Source: Paraspadella gotoi
Taxonomy: Eukaryota > Animalia > Chaetognatha
Reading direction: 5' to 3'
DNA: 64,000 bases
NCBI GenBank assembly: GCA_051294375.1
Contig: CM119270.1
Span: 14,978,046 to 15,042,045 of the forward strand
This document shows, piece after piece, positions 1 through 17,012 of this stretch. The position numbers and the translations under genes are program-made. The stretch's first letter is position 1; every line of letters begins with the position of its first letter. Below the pieces are notes generated by a model. That model saw nothing but the letters and a program-made list of their open reading frames with translations. It was not told the origin of the DNA and did no database searches.

Positions 1-1707
1 TGCGCGAATCTCCATACATGTTGATAAAAGTTTTATTCAAATGCAACTGAGGTGATTCAAAACAAACATTTTCAACAAACAATACAATTGTGTAAATGTG
101 ATCTGCGTTTTAGTTTGCGTTCAGACTGTTGACAAAATTAAAAATCGTCTGACCATAATGATCTAGATAAGGTATCGTTTGATCAAAAATACGTAAAAAC
201 ATGACATCGAAGCCAGAGGACAAAATTACAGGTGGCATAAGTAAGGATGACGAGTTTTGTTAATTATAATACTGCTTAATTATAACACTGCTTCCAAAAT
301 ACCCACTTTCATATTCCATTATTCTCCATCTCCAATTCCGATAATAATGCAATACTATTCACTTTGTGACATTCCGAAGTATTTTTCTGTCACTTTTAGC
401 GTCAATGTGATCGCTACTAACTACCAAATAACGTCTCCAATGACAGGTGTCAGATGATGAGAGGATACCCCAGTCAGATGTTGTTCAAACTGATGAACGA
501 ACCGAACGACCGACCGTTTGAAAAAACTTTTTATATCGAATTACGGCTGCGGCCGTGAATAAATATTTTGAGACGTTTGTTACGTTATCGGAGATATCAA
601 GAACAATTAATTTTAATTAGTGATGGCCAAATTTATTTCGGTTAGATTAAGTTTCGAAAATTTTATCTTGTAATGAAATGTTAATGTCTGAATCTGATTA
701 TAAAATTTTACCGTTTAAGATCAATGAAGACACCAACGGCTTTGGATTGCTTTTTAATTTTTACCATCTCACTCGCTGAGCAACTCAGGTGGGTTCTCAA
801 GACCTTCTGGGTGGGAGCCAGCTGGTCGGATAAAATGGTGAATTGTCGTTGTTGTTGCCCTCGATAATCATTGGAGAAAGAAAACGGAGTTGGTCATTAG
901 GTTAAAAGGCTCTCCGAATTCAAGATCAAAGTCATCACTAATTTAGGGTTAAATGACGTCACTGCATTGATAATTGGTTGCCAATTCAAAGAATTACCCT
1001 TGCGTCATGCATAATGACATCACTGCGTGTAAAAATAAAGTCGCGACGCATCAGGAGAAGCGACTTTGGCAACCGAAAAAAAAAAAATTCATCGCAATAA
1101 TTATCTAATTTAACTCGAATAATGTTAAATTGTTTTAAAAACAGCGCGATCGTTTTACGAACTCCCGCATCGAAACAGGACATTCCAAACCGAGCCCGTC
1201 TATTGCTGGGTTCGAGGACGCCCAGTTGGAGCAACCGATTGGCCGGCCGATAAGCATCCGCGAAGTCTTTCGTTCGATTCCCGCAGACAAATTTCGTTTT
1301 TCTTAACGGGGAATTTAGACTTAATTGTCCTTCGATAGCGCAAGCGCACGAAGAGAGAAAATTACGCACACGCGAGGCTCTGATGGTAATCAAACTTTGT
1401 GGCCAAACATGGAAAAGTCGAGAACAATGACTAATTCTGACTCATAATCGGGGGGGAAAAAAAACCCCCCCCAAGGCTGATGGGAAGGAAAAGTGCAAGC
1501 CTCAAACCATCTAAAAAGAATTACTCTTAGTCTTAATAAGAAAATTTGTCATGTTGATGTTAAAGTTAAACCTATATTTACGTTTTCTGCTCCCCTCAAC
1601 TTCATATCCGTAGTCATCTTTTATCTCGCTGAAATGAACTGCAATTACATTTTAAATTCTACAAATTCCTAACCATGAACTAACCATGAACTAACCAAAC
1701 ACCTCAC

Positions 1708-2214
1708 CTGAATCCCGTCCTCCCTGAGTACGGCGCAGGCTTGGTTCGGCCCGTCCGTGTGGACCGGAAACATCCCGCCCACGACGACGTCCCCTTGGAC
1801 GCGCGCCACTCGCGAGGTCGTCGCCCAACACGGACCAAGGGCGAACGTGCAGAGGACGAAGTAAAGTATTAACGAACGCGGTACGAACGGTCGAAGGGCG
1901 ACGAACCGAGAGCGAGACAATCGGCGGCGACAGTCTCGAAGCTGAGATTGCCGCCCGTGAAGCGGTTGGTAGAAAATGCGCGAAAATATCCACAATTGGC
2001 GCCTTGGACGAGAACGGCGCGTGGAGAGGGGCGTCGATAGGCGCCCAACAGGATTATTGGGCGATGGATGGCGCGCGAGACGAGGCGAAGAATGCCGCGG
2101 AGATTGCGATGCGAGGCGCGTGAGATGAGAGTTCGGCGGTAAGCGGGTGTGTTTTACCGGCGGAGGTGAGTAAGCGCGATGAGGATGGACTAAATCGATG
2201 TCGGGCGGACGCAT
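1708..2214 (-). CDS. First coding exon of a class C GPCR (metabotropic glutamate receptor-like); gene continues toward or past the left window edge
   Basis: Translation has a hydrophobic signal-like segment (SLILYFVLCTFALGPCWA) followed by RVARVQGDVVVGGMFPVH...C..LREDGIQ. This matches the start of the mGluR Venus-flytrap domain (GD-x-x-x-GG-x-FPVH...GIQR). The exon ends at a canonical CAG|GTGAG donor at 1708/1707. No next exon was recognised in 1-1700. The start codon is uncertain. Confidence 0.8.
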
Positions 2215-4112
2215 GACGACGATTTTAAAGAATTGACGTAGCTTTTAACTCGTTTACTATTTCTCTTTGACGGAGGCGAACGTATTTCGATTTGGACGGG
2301 GTTTCTTTTTTCGATCTTCTTCTTTTTTTGAGCTTAAATCTATTTCGTTTTGTGCGAAATAAAAACTGGGATGATATCGACGACGATTAATTTCTTTGTT
2401 TTCTCGTTGAGGTCGCAGAGGAGAGAGGGAAAAGTTCAATTATCTCGAACCGCAATAGTTTTTTTTTTCTTTTTACTTCTCTCAGCGGTAAAGGTTAATG
2501 CATGATAGACGGTAGAGGGAGCGAGAGAAAGAATAAGCGAACCCCAGAGATTGAAAAGGACTTCACGACGACAAAAAGTTAGCGGATCGAGCCCTCATTA
2601 GCTTAATACGGTGCGTAGAAGAAATGGATATTTTTTTTTTANNNNNNNNNNGTTTTTTGCGTGCGGCAGAGGCGGGACGGTAAAGAGACGAACTTGACAA
2701 ACGGAGTCCGCCACGGAGTTTTCATCCAGATAAACGGCGAAAGAGAGAGATGCTTCGGAAAACGAGGAGCGAGAGAGAGAGCGAGTCGCTCTAAGAAAAG
2801 ATTCGCATAAATTGGACGTAATCTAATTTGAGACATGATTACTCGTCGAACGGGAAAAATCGCCAAAAACTGAGAAAAACTGAGTTAGATTTTTTTTTTC
2901 TAGCGAACAAATTTCTTTCTACTTTTTTATTTCGGATGGTCTAAAGTAAACATGGCATCGATACTCGTCGATATAAATTCCCGGCGAGTAAAAATCTTTG
3001 AGACTAACTTTTTCTTTTTTCATTTTTCATTTTTTCGTCCTTTCTTTTATTTTACATTTCGTGTCGGCATGAGTTGAGAAGCTGACGAGCGACCCGGGTT
3101 CATGAAGCCAAAGATCAAATCGGACATCTTTCGAGCCAATAATTTACTATTTAGGATTTATTAACTCGCAGGGCTGGTGCGAAATCCGTTCGACTAATGG
3201 AAGAGAAAATAACCGTAAAATAAATAAAATGAATAAATAAATAAGATAAAATAGCCGTAGTCGAATTCGTTTAGAATTACTCAAATTTATGGTTTGTCCA
3301 CTGTCTAGCTTATTTTTTTCCATCCCTGACTCGATTGTCTTAAAAAGAATGAAATAAAAACTTAATAGTTTTAATTACGTTTTTTTTTCTGATCAGTACA
3401 TAAAAAAGCGTTTACCTTAATTTAAACTCGAAGTAAAAAAAAAAACAAAAGGTTCAAGCATGGACACTGGCAGCGGACAAGTAGTTGCCAGCTTACTCTG
3501 CCTTACCCGGGAGGAGAGAAAGAACAATGCCACGAGGATGCTTGAGAATAAAATTAGAGGCCGAAGTTCTAGGCGGAGAGGGAAGGGATTTTTTCGAGAC
3601 GCAATAACACGACGACGACGACAAAAAAAAGAGGCTTCTATGGCGGAGAAAACTAATGTATTTTATCATGATAGTAAAAATTTAATCTGGTTACGTTGAC
3701 GTATTTGCCTTTTAATATTAGCAGAGACGAATTATAAAAACGTATTAAACTCGGGGGGGGGGGGAACTGATTGAATTAAAAAATCGCCAATATTTAAAAA
3801 AAAATGGGCGCAAAGTTGCAGCGTTCATTTGGGTCGGTAGTTAAAAATAAAAAAGGGATAACAAGTCAGATGAGATACAGATATATCACAGCGTCTGGAA
3901 ACTAACAAAAAAGAGTGCTAGGCCAAAAAAGGTTTCTTTTTCCTCGGGATGATTTGGACTTTTTTTGAAAAAGGGTCTTAAGTGGGGACGCGACATTCCG
4001 GGATCTGTAGTCGGGAGAGAAAAACGCCGCGAATCGGACGACGACATCGAGAATCCGACAATCCGACAATGGCGGACGTCAATCCTTAGGCCGAAAAAGA
4101 TGAATCGCTCAT

Positions 4113-7100
4113 TCATGCCAACACTTTTTGGATAACTAGTTTTTGGGATTCGGATAGCATGTTGGCGCAAGCCTGTGAAATAGAATATTAATTTATTTTT
4201 CAAATTTTCTTTTATTACAAAATCCGCATTTATCACGGGACGAAGTTTCCGAACCTGAAAGTGTTCCCAGGAAGAGTTCAGTGTTACGAGAATGGCACGC
4301 ATCCGCGCATGCAATGGGTCGTCCACTGGGATCACCTCGCGGGCCAAGGTCTCCGCCATGATGGCCACCAAACGGGGCAAGTTGCCATTGTTGGCGCCAA
4401 GGGCCACAGGGTTGTTAGTTTCGATCTAAAAAAAAATTGAATCTCAAAAACCACAGCATAACCTAGAAATAAAACTGAATCTCTATTTGAAAACTGACCA
4501 ATTCGCAAAAGTATCCGTAGATGTGTTTAGCTTCCTCGTCGTCTTCCCAGACTGGAAGCCACGACAGCCAATGAGGTATCATCTCCGTCAAGTTAGTCGC
4601 CGCTGGCCGATGCTTCATTATCTAAACAGATGAGGGGTGGAGTTATTGACTGTCAAGACCAAACGGATCCCGATTATTTTTAATAAACTTATTTTTTACC
4701 TTTGTGACCGCAGAAATGCAGTTTTCCGTGGGGTTGATGTTAACCTGTTCGCGTGCCTCCGGGTCGGTGATCACGCCGACCAGGAGCGGGAGGGATTGTC
4801 GAATGAACTCGAGGTAGGCGTCGCCGCAGAATTCGGCCATCACGCCGACGCCGTACGACGCCGCTTGTCGGACCTAAAGGAAGAAACAAAAAATTATTAA
4901 AATGATCACATCACATATTTGTTTGCGTCACAAAAGTTTGAAAGTTACAAGCCAATTTTGTCATTATCACTTCTCCCACCTCGGGGCTTTTGTCCACGAC
5001 GCCATTTAGGAGGCTGGGAACGAAGTATTCCTGATATTTGAAGGAGGCGGGACCTCCGAACTCCATGAGATCGTCGAAAACGCAGAGGCCCCACTGCCGG
5101 TCGGACCAGTTCCGTTCCGGGGCGAGTAGCTTGACGAAAGTGGGAAGCAGGGCGTCGAAGACTGGAAAGAGGGATTCTCTGAGGGAATAAAGGTAAAAAG
5201 AGAAAAGGGATTTCTTAACATTTTTTTAAAAAATGGAAAAGACAAAAATGTTTTACTACAGCTAAAAAAATTCAATCAAGATGAAGCCATAGAACTGGAA
5301 GACTATTTTTTTTCTGAAAGAAAACAAAGCAAACAAATAATTACGGGAATGGTTGCAAAAAGTTCCTATGTTAACAATAAATGCAAACAAAAAGGGAAAA
5401 TGGAAAAGAAGAGATCAGTGGAGAAAGTCAAGCAATTCCATCCACATGAGGGGCCAACTCAATCACTGGACCTGCTCGCTTCCCGAAGGCAGACAGAAAG
5501 TCTCTCAAAGAAGACCACTTAAACAAAGCAATGAACTATGAATGCCGACTAAAGAATCACCAATCAGGAGAAAAAATTAAACCAAATTTACCCGTAAACG
5601 AGGAAAAGCGCGTGCATGACGTCGGCGACTTTGGAGAGGACGTAGACGTCCTCGTCGTCTTCGTCTACGAGCGTCTCCTCCACCTCGTCGTCATAATCCT
5701 CGTCCTTGCGCCGAGTCTGTCGCTCAGCCTCCCGCTCCAGGTGCTCATCTACAGTCTTCTTGATAACCTGAAAAACAAGGCGGGGGGCGGATGATGACGC
5801 TCTTTGCAAACCTACCCACACACCCATAGTCCCAAAACTGAATTGGAATTTATGACCAAAAAACATTAAAAAGATCATAAGAACCATAAAAAATTACCTT
5901 GACCAACTCGTTCATTTGGTCCTGGGTGAGGCATCCCGTTCCAAGCAGCTCGATGCACTTGGCGAGCGAGTGGAGCTCTTCTCCCAGAACGTCGTTGTTA
6001 TGCTCCGTGTCGATCGCTTTCAAAAGTTCCACCACCACGTAGGACCACACTTCCGTGATGAACGCTTCTCCCTAGGAAATAGCAAGGGTAAATTAACTTT
6101 CAAAAATAAACAAAATTTTTTTTTTGAGAAAAGCGAAAAGTTCGGTCCTGCCGGAGCGTTTCGATCATAACATCATGTCGACATACAAGGACGTTTACGA
6201 ATGTCTATAATCTGTAATTAGGTTTAGGATAAGGTATTAAGGATTTATACAAAAATTTGAACATTTAGAGGGGGTGCTTGCAGAACGTCAACATTTATTC
6301 AATTTGAAAAATAGGTAAGTTTTCTTCAAATAAATGAGTAAACTTACAAGCATTTACAAGGATTAAAGCTTACTGCAATGCTTGATATAAAGATTTTGAC
6401 GAAAAATCGTCAGTAAAAAGAGCATATAATACTATCTCTAATTAATTGATTATTCGACAATATGCAAATTAATTTAAAGAAAATTGAAACAGTAAGTGTT
6501 AATGCTTTTTATAACGCACCTTAGCCTTTCCTGCTTCAACTAAGAAAGGTAGACTCTCAGCGGCGGAAACCCTCACGCTGTCATGGAGGTAAAACTTTAA
6601 CATCGGCACGAGCAACTTGACCGTCTCCCCGACATATTCAGCGAAACCTTCTTTGAGCTCCTTCGCGTAGCAGACGAGCATCTGACAGGCGGTACTCTTA
6701 TCCTCCAGACCGGCCGTCTTGATGCCAAAACTCTGCTGATCACCCAGAGTAACAAACTCCCAGCCGTCGGCCTCCTGGGCGCCATTGGCGTCATCTGAAT
6801 TCAGAATGGCGACCTCAGGCTTCATCGAAGCTGTCTTCAGCAAAGGCGGCATCACAAGCGGGAGGTACTGAGTAAACTCTTTGCCAAGGATCTTACACAT
6901 GCGAGCCCAAGCACTGATCATGTAAGAGACTTGCGGGTCGTCGTCGGCGAGCTCCGAGGCTTCAGTCTGGGTCTTTAAGAGCATTTGCATAACTTCCTGT
7001 TTTGAAAAAGAAGCGTCGGTTAACTAAATTAAAAGACAGAAAATTTAAAATGAACAAGATGAGAATTCCTAGAAAAGCATTTCCTAAACCTCTATCAACA

Positions 7101-10100
7101 ATTGCTCTCTATCTTCGACCCTCCTCTAATCCACTTTCTCTTCCTACCTGACAGTCGGTCATAAACTTGTCCCGACCGACGGCGAGTCCGATGAGCGAGA
7201 TGCACTCGATGGTCTTGCCCCTCAGGAGGCGATAGTCGGGGGTGTTAGCGTTCTGCATTATGTACTTGAGACAGGGAATGAAGCGATCGTAGTACGCAAT
7301 GAACTGCTCCTCGGCAGTATCGGCCACCGCAGCGATCGTCGTCACCACTTGCTCCAATACCATTTTCGTCCCGCGTTCCACCAACTCCTGGAACTTGGCC
7401 GAGAGGACCTTAGGGGACAGAAATAATGAAGATGAAACAGACGCACTAAAACAAAATTAAAATATCAAATATAGTACAATTCAAGCCAAAAATTAAAATT
7501 CAAACCGTAATTCAAAAATTCAGATAACGAATTAAGTCTACTGACAGCATTTTCGCATGTTTTTTTTTTCACGCAACAGTAGAATACCCAGTGAGCCAAA
7601 TCCGATGATACAAAAGAAACCACTGCCATACTTTACTGAGTTGAGATAGACTTATTCAGATTTTTTTAAAATAATAAATAACTACTTAACGTTTTTTGTG
7701 TATAATTTTATTTTAATCAATTAACAACTTCAAATATATTTTCTCACAAAGATGGTAAAATCACCAAAATGTTGGCAAATCTTATTTGTTAAAAATTGAA
7801 TGCAATGAACAATTTTGTATTATGTTTTAAGGCAGTGTTACAGATATATTGGTGTTTTTTTTGCCCATAAACCTTTTGGTTCCTGAGAGAATGATGGTCC
7901 AGCCTTTATTCAAATAATTCTCGCTGGCTGACGAAGCAATTTCCAAGACTGCAATTTTTGTGTCAAAAGATTATTGGAAAGATGAAGATGTCTATTCACT
8001 GCCTATAGTTAGCTTGTCCTATATTGAAAAACTAAAAGAAGAGGAGTGCTTATGGCAAAAAAATTTTAAAAAATGGTTGTTTAAGTTCGATAGAGTGACC
8101 AGTGAATCACAGCATCTGCTGCATAAAAGTTTTTCCTTAGCTATTCTGAGGTTCCAACCTGTAAAATCTTATTTTTTTCTGTTGGTGATTTAGAACTAGA
8201 AAGGTTTGTAAGCAGAAACTAAAGCTGTTATGAGCATTCAACTTTTGTAATGGTAAAAAATTATAACTGCTTTTGGACAAGGTTTTTTGCTCCATGAAGA
8301 ATTTTATCTAGCAATGCCAAGTTTTTTGTACAGGTTTTGATAGCACTTTGAGAATGTTTTAAAGCGTTTTTAAGCAATGTTTTGAACTTTTTAAAAACAT
8401 CAATTATTTTTCTTTCAATTGGTGTTATACATTTTTTTATAGGCATATAGTTTACATATACTAATTAATTTTTCTTTCGTATCATCGGATTTGGCTCACG
8501 GGGTAGATGGATGGACCGACTGACTTAGGGACCGATTCCTGTACTAAGTTGTGTTATAACGGATGGTCGCAAGTTACACTTACCTGTTCTAGCTTTCCAA
8601 TAATGGCGTCCAGGTACTGGGACAAAATGTTTTTGGGGCAATCTTCCGCGAAGTTGACGAGGGCGGCACCGGCGTGAGACTGGACTCGCGGATGGGCAGT
8701 GTCGTCCAAGATGACCAACAGACCGGGGATAATTCTGTCGTGAAACTTTTTCTCGATTTGCGGCGCGAAATCGGTCGAGAGTTGGCCGATGGCGTTGCAG
8801 GCGGCGTAGCGAACCCGCGGGTGGGGGTCTTGTAGCATCGGCAGAACCGCGTCGACGATCTGATTGAGGACGTTGACCATTTGCTTATGACAGCCTTCGC
8901 CGATGGCAGACATGGCCATCAACGCCGCGTGGCGGTAGCGCCAGTCAGGGTTTTGAAGCATCACGGGGATGTTGGCGGTGATGTGGGGAAGAAGCGTCTT
9001 GCCGCCAACGCCGAGTGCAAGACGGTCCAGCGCCGATTCAGCCACAACGGGGTTCGACTCGTTGTCCTCGTCATCTTCTTCGTCGACTAGCGCCCAATCG
9101 TCCGGGTCGTCGAGATCCACCATCAGCTGGAGAATCTGCTGCACGAAGCTCTTGAGAAAGGCGCCGTGCTTGCGCACCATCGCCGGAGCCGTCTCCGACA
9201 GGCTCACGATAACCTCGAGAGCCAGATGGCGCTGGGCGTCCTCCACATCTGCGCTGTCGATGAGCTTCATGCAGAACTGAACGAGGTTGTCAAGTTGACC
9301 GCGCAGGGACTTGGGACAGTTCTCCGCCAGCTCGATGAGACACTTGAGAGCTTCGTCATCGGAGTCGTTGCCGGCGGCGACAATGTCGCTGACGGCGCGA
9401 AGGAAGGAGGGCACGAGCTCCTTGAACATCCCTGTCAGCTGGGACTCGGATTCGTTAGCCACGATGAAGGAAGTGGCGGCTTTAACGGCGGCATAGCGGA
9501 CCCCGGGGTTTTCAACGTCGTTTATTGATCTATAAACAAGATACCTCGTGAATTAAAATTATTACGAAAATTATACATATATGTATAAATTTTTCTGTCT
9601 ACTTTAATAACAATAAAAAACAATTTGTGCCAAGCGACACTGACCTGGACAACATCTGTTTGATGACGTCTAAGTAGAGGCCCTGCTGATTCCCAAAGAT
9701 GCCAGGCACGACGCCAAAGACGCTGAAAGCGGCCTGTCGCAACGAAGGATTCTCCGAGTTGGCCAACTCGAAGAGGAACTTCAAAACTTCCGGCCAAAGG
9801 TTGTTGCCATTTTCGTCAACGAGGTTGCGCGCGATTTCAGCCAGTGCATCGCAGATCTTTTTGCGCACCGGATCCACCGATTCGTTCTGGACAGCGAGTA
9901 GAAGCTCCTGCTTGATGCCCGCCTGGAGTTCCACTCCGAGCGACGGCCACAGTTCGTCAAAGTTGTTGGTAAACAAGCGGCGGAAAAGCACCGCCGCCAG
10001 GGAACGGTGTTCCGGCAAAGGGGAAGTTCGGATCGCCTGGAAAAGAAAATTATTTTTAGTTTCACAAATTGAACGTTTGTAGATCGTAATGGGCGTCTGA

Positions 10101-10228
10101 CTTACCGCCATTAGGAGGGTAATTTTTTGATCGGGGCTGATTGAGTCGTACGCGTCTTCAGCCGGAGACCTCACGTCATTTTCCGGTGATAATAGTTGCG
10201 TCAATAATTGTTCGAACTGTTCTGCCAT
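4113..10228 (-). CDS. IPO5: Importin-5 / karyopherin beta-3 (RanBP5), 12 coding exons, about 1091 aa
   Basis: Exons read by hand, all GT-AG and phase-consistent: 10228-10106, 10036-9645, 9529-8584, 7408-7148, 6996-6520, 6071-5898, 5767-5592, 5178-4980, 4873-4700, 4621-4499, 4425-4255, 4172-4113 (total 3276 nt). Family motifs include [107 protein letters not shown] and [11 protein letters not shown]. The protein ends ...[13 protein letters not shown]. Confidence 0.96.
7587..8503. mobile_element. Non-autonomous DNA transposon (MITE) in the importin-5 intron between coding exons 3 and 4
   Basis: ~33-bp terminal inverted repeats: CCCAGTGAGCCAAATCCGATGATACAAAAGAAA and TTTCTTTCGTATCATCGGATTTGGCTCACGGGG (2 mismatches). 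TA flanks both sides (7585-86, 8504-05). The interior is AT-rich and non-coding. Confidence 0.85.
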
Positions 10229-10639
10229 TTTTGTTTTTTTTTATTTGGGGACTACCCCAGCAAAACCTAAATGAAATATTAGTTTAAAAAAAAAAAAACC
10301 GTGCTGAAATTGTTTGTCATCGAATTGGAAAATAATAGAATGAACACATTATAATAAATAATTAAACGGAAAAAATATTCAACGGAAAAATATTATTTCC
10401 ATGTAAAGTCCAGACGACCGTAACTCAGATGCTCTTTTAATATAGGAGATATCGACATTCGTCTCTTTCTCTCTTTTGCGGTCTTTTTCGAGGAGGGGGT
10501 TCTTTCATCCACTGTTGCTCACAACACAGGAAAGGAATAAAAAGACCTCGTGATCAGTTTAGTAATTTCGCCGGGAAATCAAGTAAAGGATGAATCATCA
10601 TCGTCGATCGAATCCAACTTCAAAAATCAACTTTCTCCG

Positions 10640-10900
10640 AGTTTTAAGACGACATCCGCCTCTTTGGGCGAGACCGCGCCACGCAGACTCACGACGTAAC
10701 GGAAATGACAAGAATCTCGATTTGAAGCGTCACGTGGAAAAAGCGGGACGAGATTTTCTGGACGCGGCGATTACGATGATGACGACGACGACGACGACGA
10801 CGAAACCAACAGGCGCAGCCGCCTATCGCCCTCTCGCTCCTCTTCTTCCTCTTCATTCGTGTCCTGCTTTATGTTCTATGCTGGTTACATCCGGTTCATA
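10640..10900. promoter_or_regulatory. Putative (bidirectional) promoter region between the divergent importin-5 and CtBP genes
   Basis: CpG/GC-rich island in AT-rich flanks. A minus-strand donor GTGAGT at 10692 and acceptor TTTAG at 10267 define a likely importin-5 5'UTR intron. Contains an E-box CACGTG (10731-10736) and an ETS-like CGGAAAT. The TSS positions are inferred, not seen. Confidence 0.4.
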
Positions 10901-11610
10901 GTATACTCTTCCGAATGTTGTTGATAATCCCTCGCTTTGAACTTGTTGAGCGCAATTGAGATGATTCTTTTAAAATTAGTTATAGCACAAAATTAACAAT
11001 ATTCTCAAATTGACAATTGCTTTTTCTTTCATTCTCGCGAACATATTAAATTATTGTCTTTTCTTTCTCTTTCAAGAAAAAAGTTATAGCACAAATAATT
11101 AGAAGTATAATGTATTTGTATATATAACCCATATATAACACATAACTTATCATAAGTCTTCTGTCTTGAAGAAAATTATAGTTAAATATTTTTTTAAAAA
11201 GTTCGTTCACTCCTTCGGCTTTTTCACGAATTCCAATTGCTCGCTAAGTTGACTAAGTTTGACTCAGAAACAATGTTAATTATTTAAAATACTTAAAAAG
11301 GCCAATCTGCTTAATCCATTTCCTATAGGCTATTTATATGTCGATGTATAACATTTATTGACATCGCTGTTTTGCTGGCTGGCGAAATATTTTGTTAATA
11401 AATTTGTCTCAGCCTAATTTAATATTTTATTGACTGAACTTCGTGTTTCTCATTAACTTCGAAAACTAGTAACTAGTACGTAAGTAATAGGAATATTTTA
11501 AAAAGTTTCTCAAAAGTTCAGCTTATAATATATATATATTATATTTAAACCTATTGCAACACCTTTATTTTGAAGCTCTCTCCTTCAAGCCTCTTGGCGT
11601 TTTCAGTAAT

Positions 11611-11686
11611 GAGTTTAGGAAAAACAGTTTTGAATTATTACAACGTTTTTATTGATTGTAATAATTCAAAACTGTTTCCTAAATTC
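11611..11686. repeat. Near-perfect ~30-bp-stem hairpin (inverted repeat)
   Basis: GAGTTTAGGAAAAACAGTTTTGAATTATTACAA, a short loop, then TTGTAATAATTCAAAACTGTTTCCTAAATTC. Confidence 0.8.
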
Positions 11687-11946
11687 TAACACAACGAAAA
11701 GAAAGTCTATACAGAGTTGAGTTTAATAGTCTACATTAGTAAATTTTAAAAGTATATATAAGGCCTCCATCCCTCTTACAAGATACTAACATAGCGGGAT
11801 TCTCTCACAGTCTAGATATTAAATCCCTTAGTACTGAGCTTTCCTATCAATAAAATGGAATAATCATAATGTTTATATGAAATGTTTTAATTATTAAAAA
11901 GGACATCTATTATAATTATATATAAAAGTTTGTGTCTTGCTTTTAG

Positions 11947-12005
11947 GTCTTTTGTTCGACTTCGTAGTTCCAGGAGAAACGGATAGGGGGTCAACAGAAT
12001 ACGCG
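11947..12005 (+). other. Candidate non-coding 5'UTR exon of CtBP
   Basis: TTTTAG acceptor and G|GTAAG donor around a 59-nt segment that is less AT-rich, ~500 nt upstream of the CtBP ATG. Confidence 0.35.
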
Positions 12006-12464
12006 GTAAGCACAAAGAGGCTCGATTTTGCCCAATACGCAGTGATGTATATGTTATTAAAATTATTTCATTTGCTTAGTACAGACGTGTCGGTGCATTT
12101 AACATTTTCAGACTTAATTATGAACAGGCATGGCTATTTTTTGACCAGTTAAATTAGCGTTTTCTTGAAAAAACAATATCCGTTACTCATGGCGGTAGCA
12201 TTACAAATTTTAAAATGGCGTCCGTTCTCGTTGTGGGCTGTATATGTTTTTTTAATTTCCGTAACACAGTACAAACTAAATAGATTTGGTTGCAGATAAC
12301 TGCCAAAGCCCTGTTATTCTATTTCCTTTGCCTTCGTCTGTAACCCCCTTTAAATCTTTGATGTTTACTGCTTTCGTGCTTTCATTGTTTAAGATTGGTG
12401 TGTCTATCTGACAGTAAACTAATTTGTAATCAGACTAGCAGAAGATTCCATAAAACCGTTCTGA

Positions 12465-17012
<4,548 letters not shown>

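Noticed and set aside
986-1393. 135-aa minus-strand ORF
   Set aside because: No recognisable motif, non-ATG start, and it lies in the presumed GPCR intron; it does not resemble the expected next mGluR exon.
1669-1697. CTAACCATGAA repeated about 2.6 times
   Set aside because: Trivial slippage duplication just inside the intron.
8881-10082. Several plus-strand ORFs of 60-127 aa
   Set aside because: Antisense shadows of GC-rich importin-5 exons.
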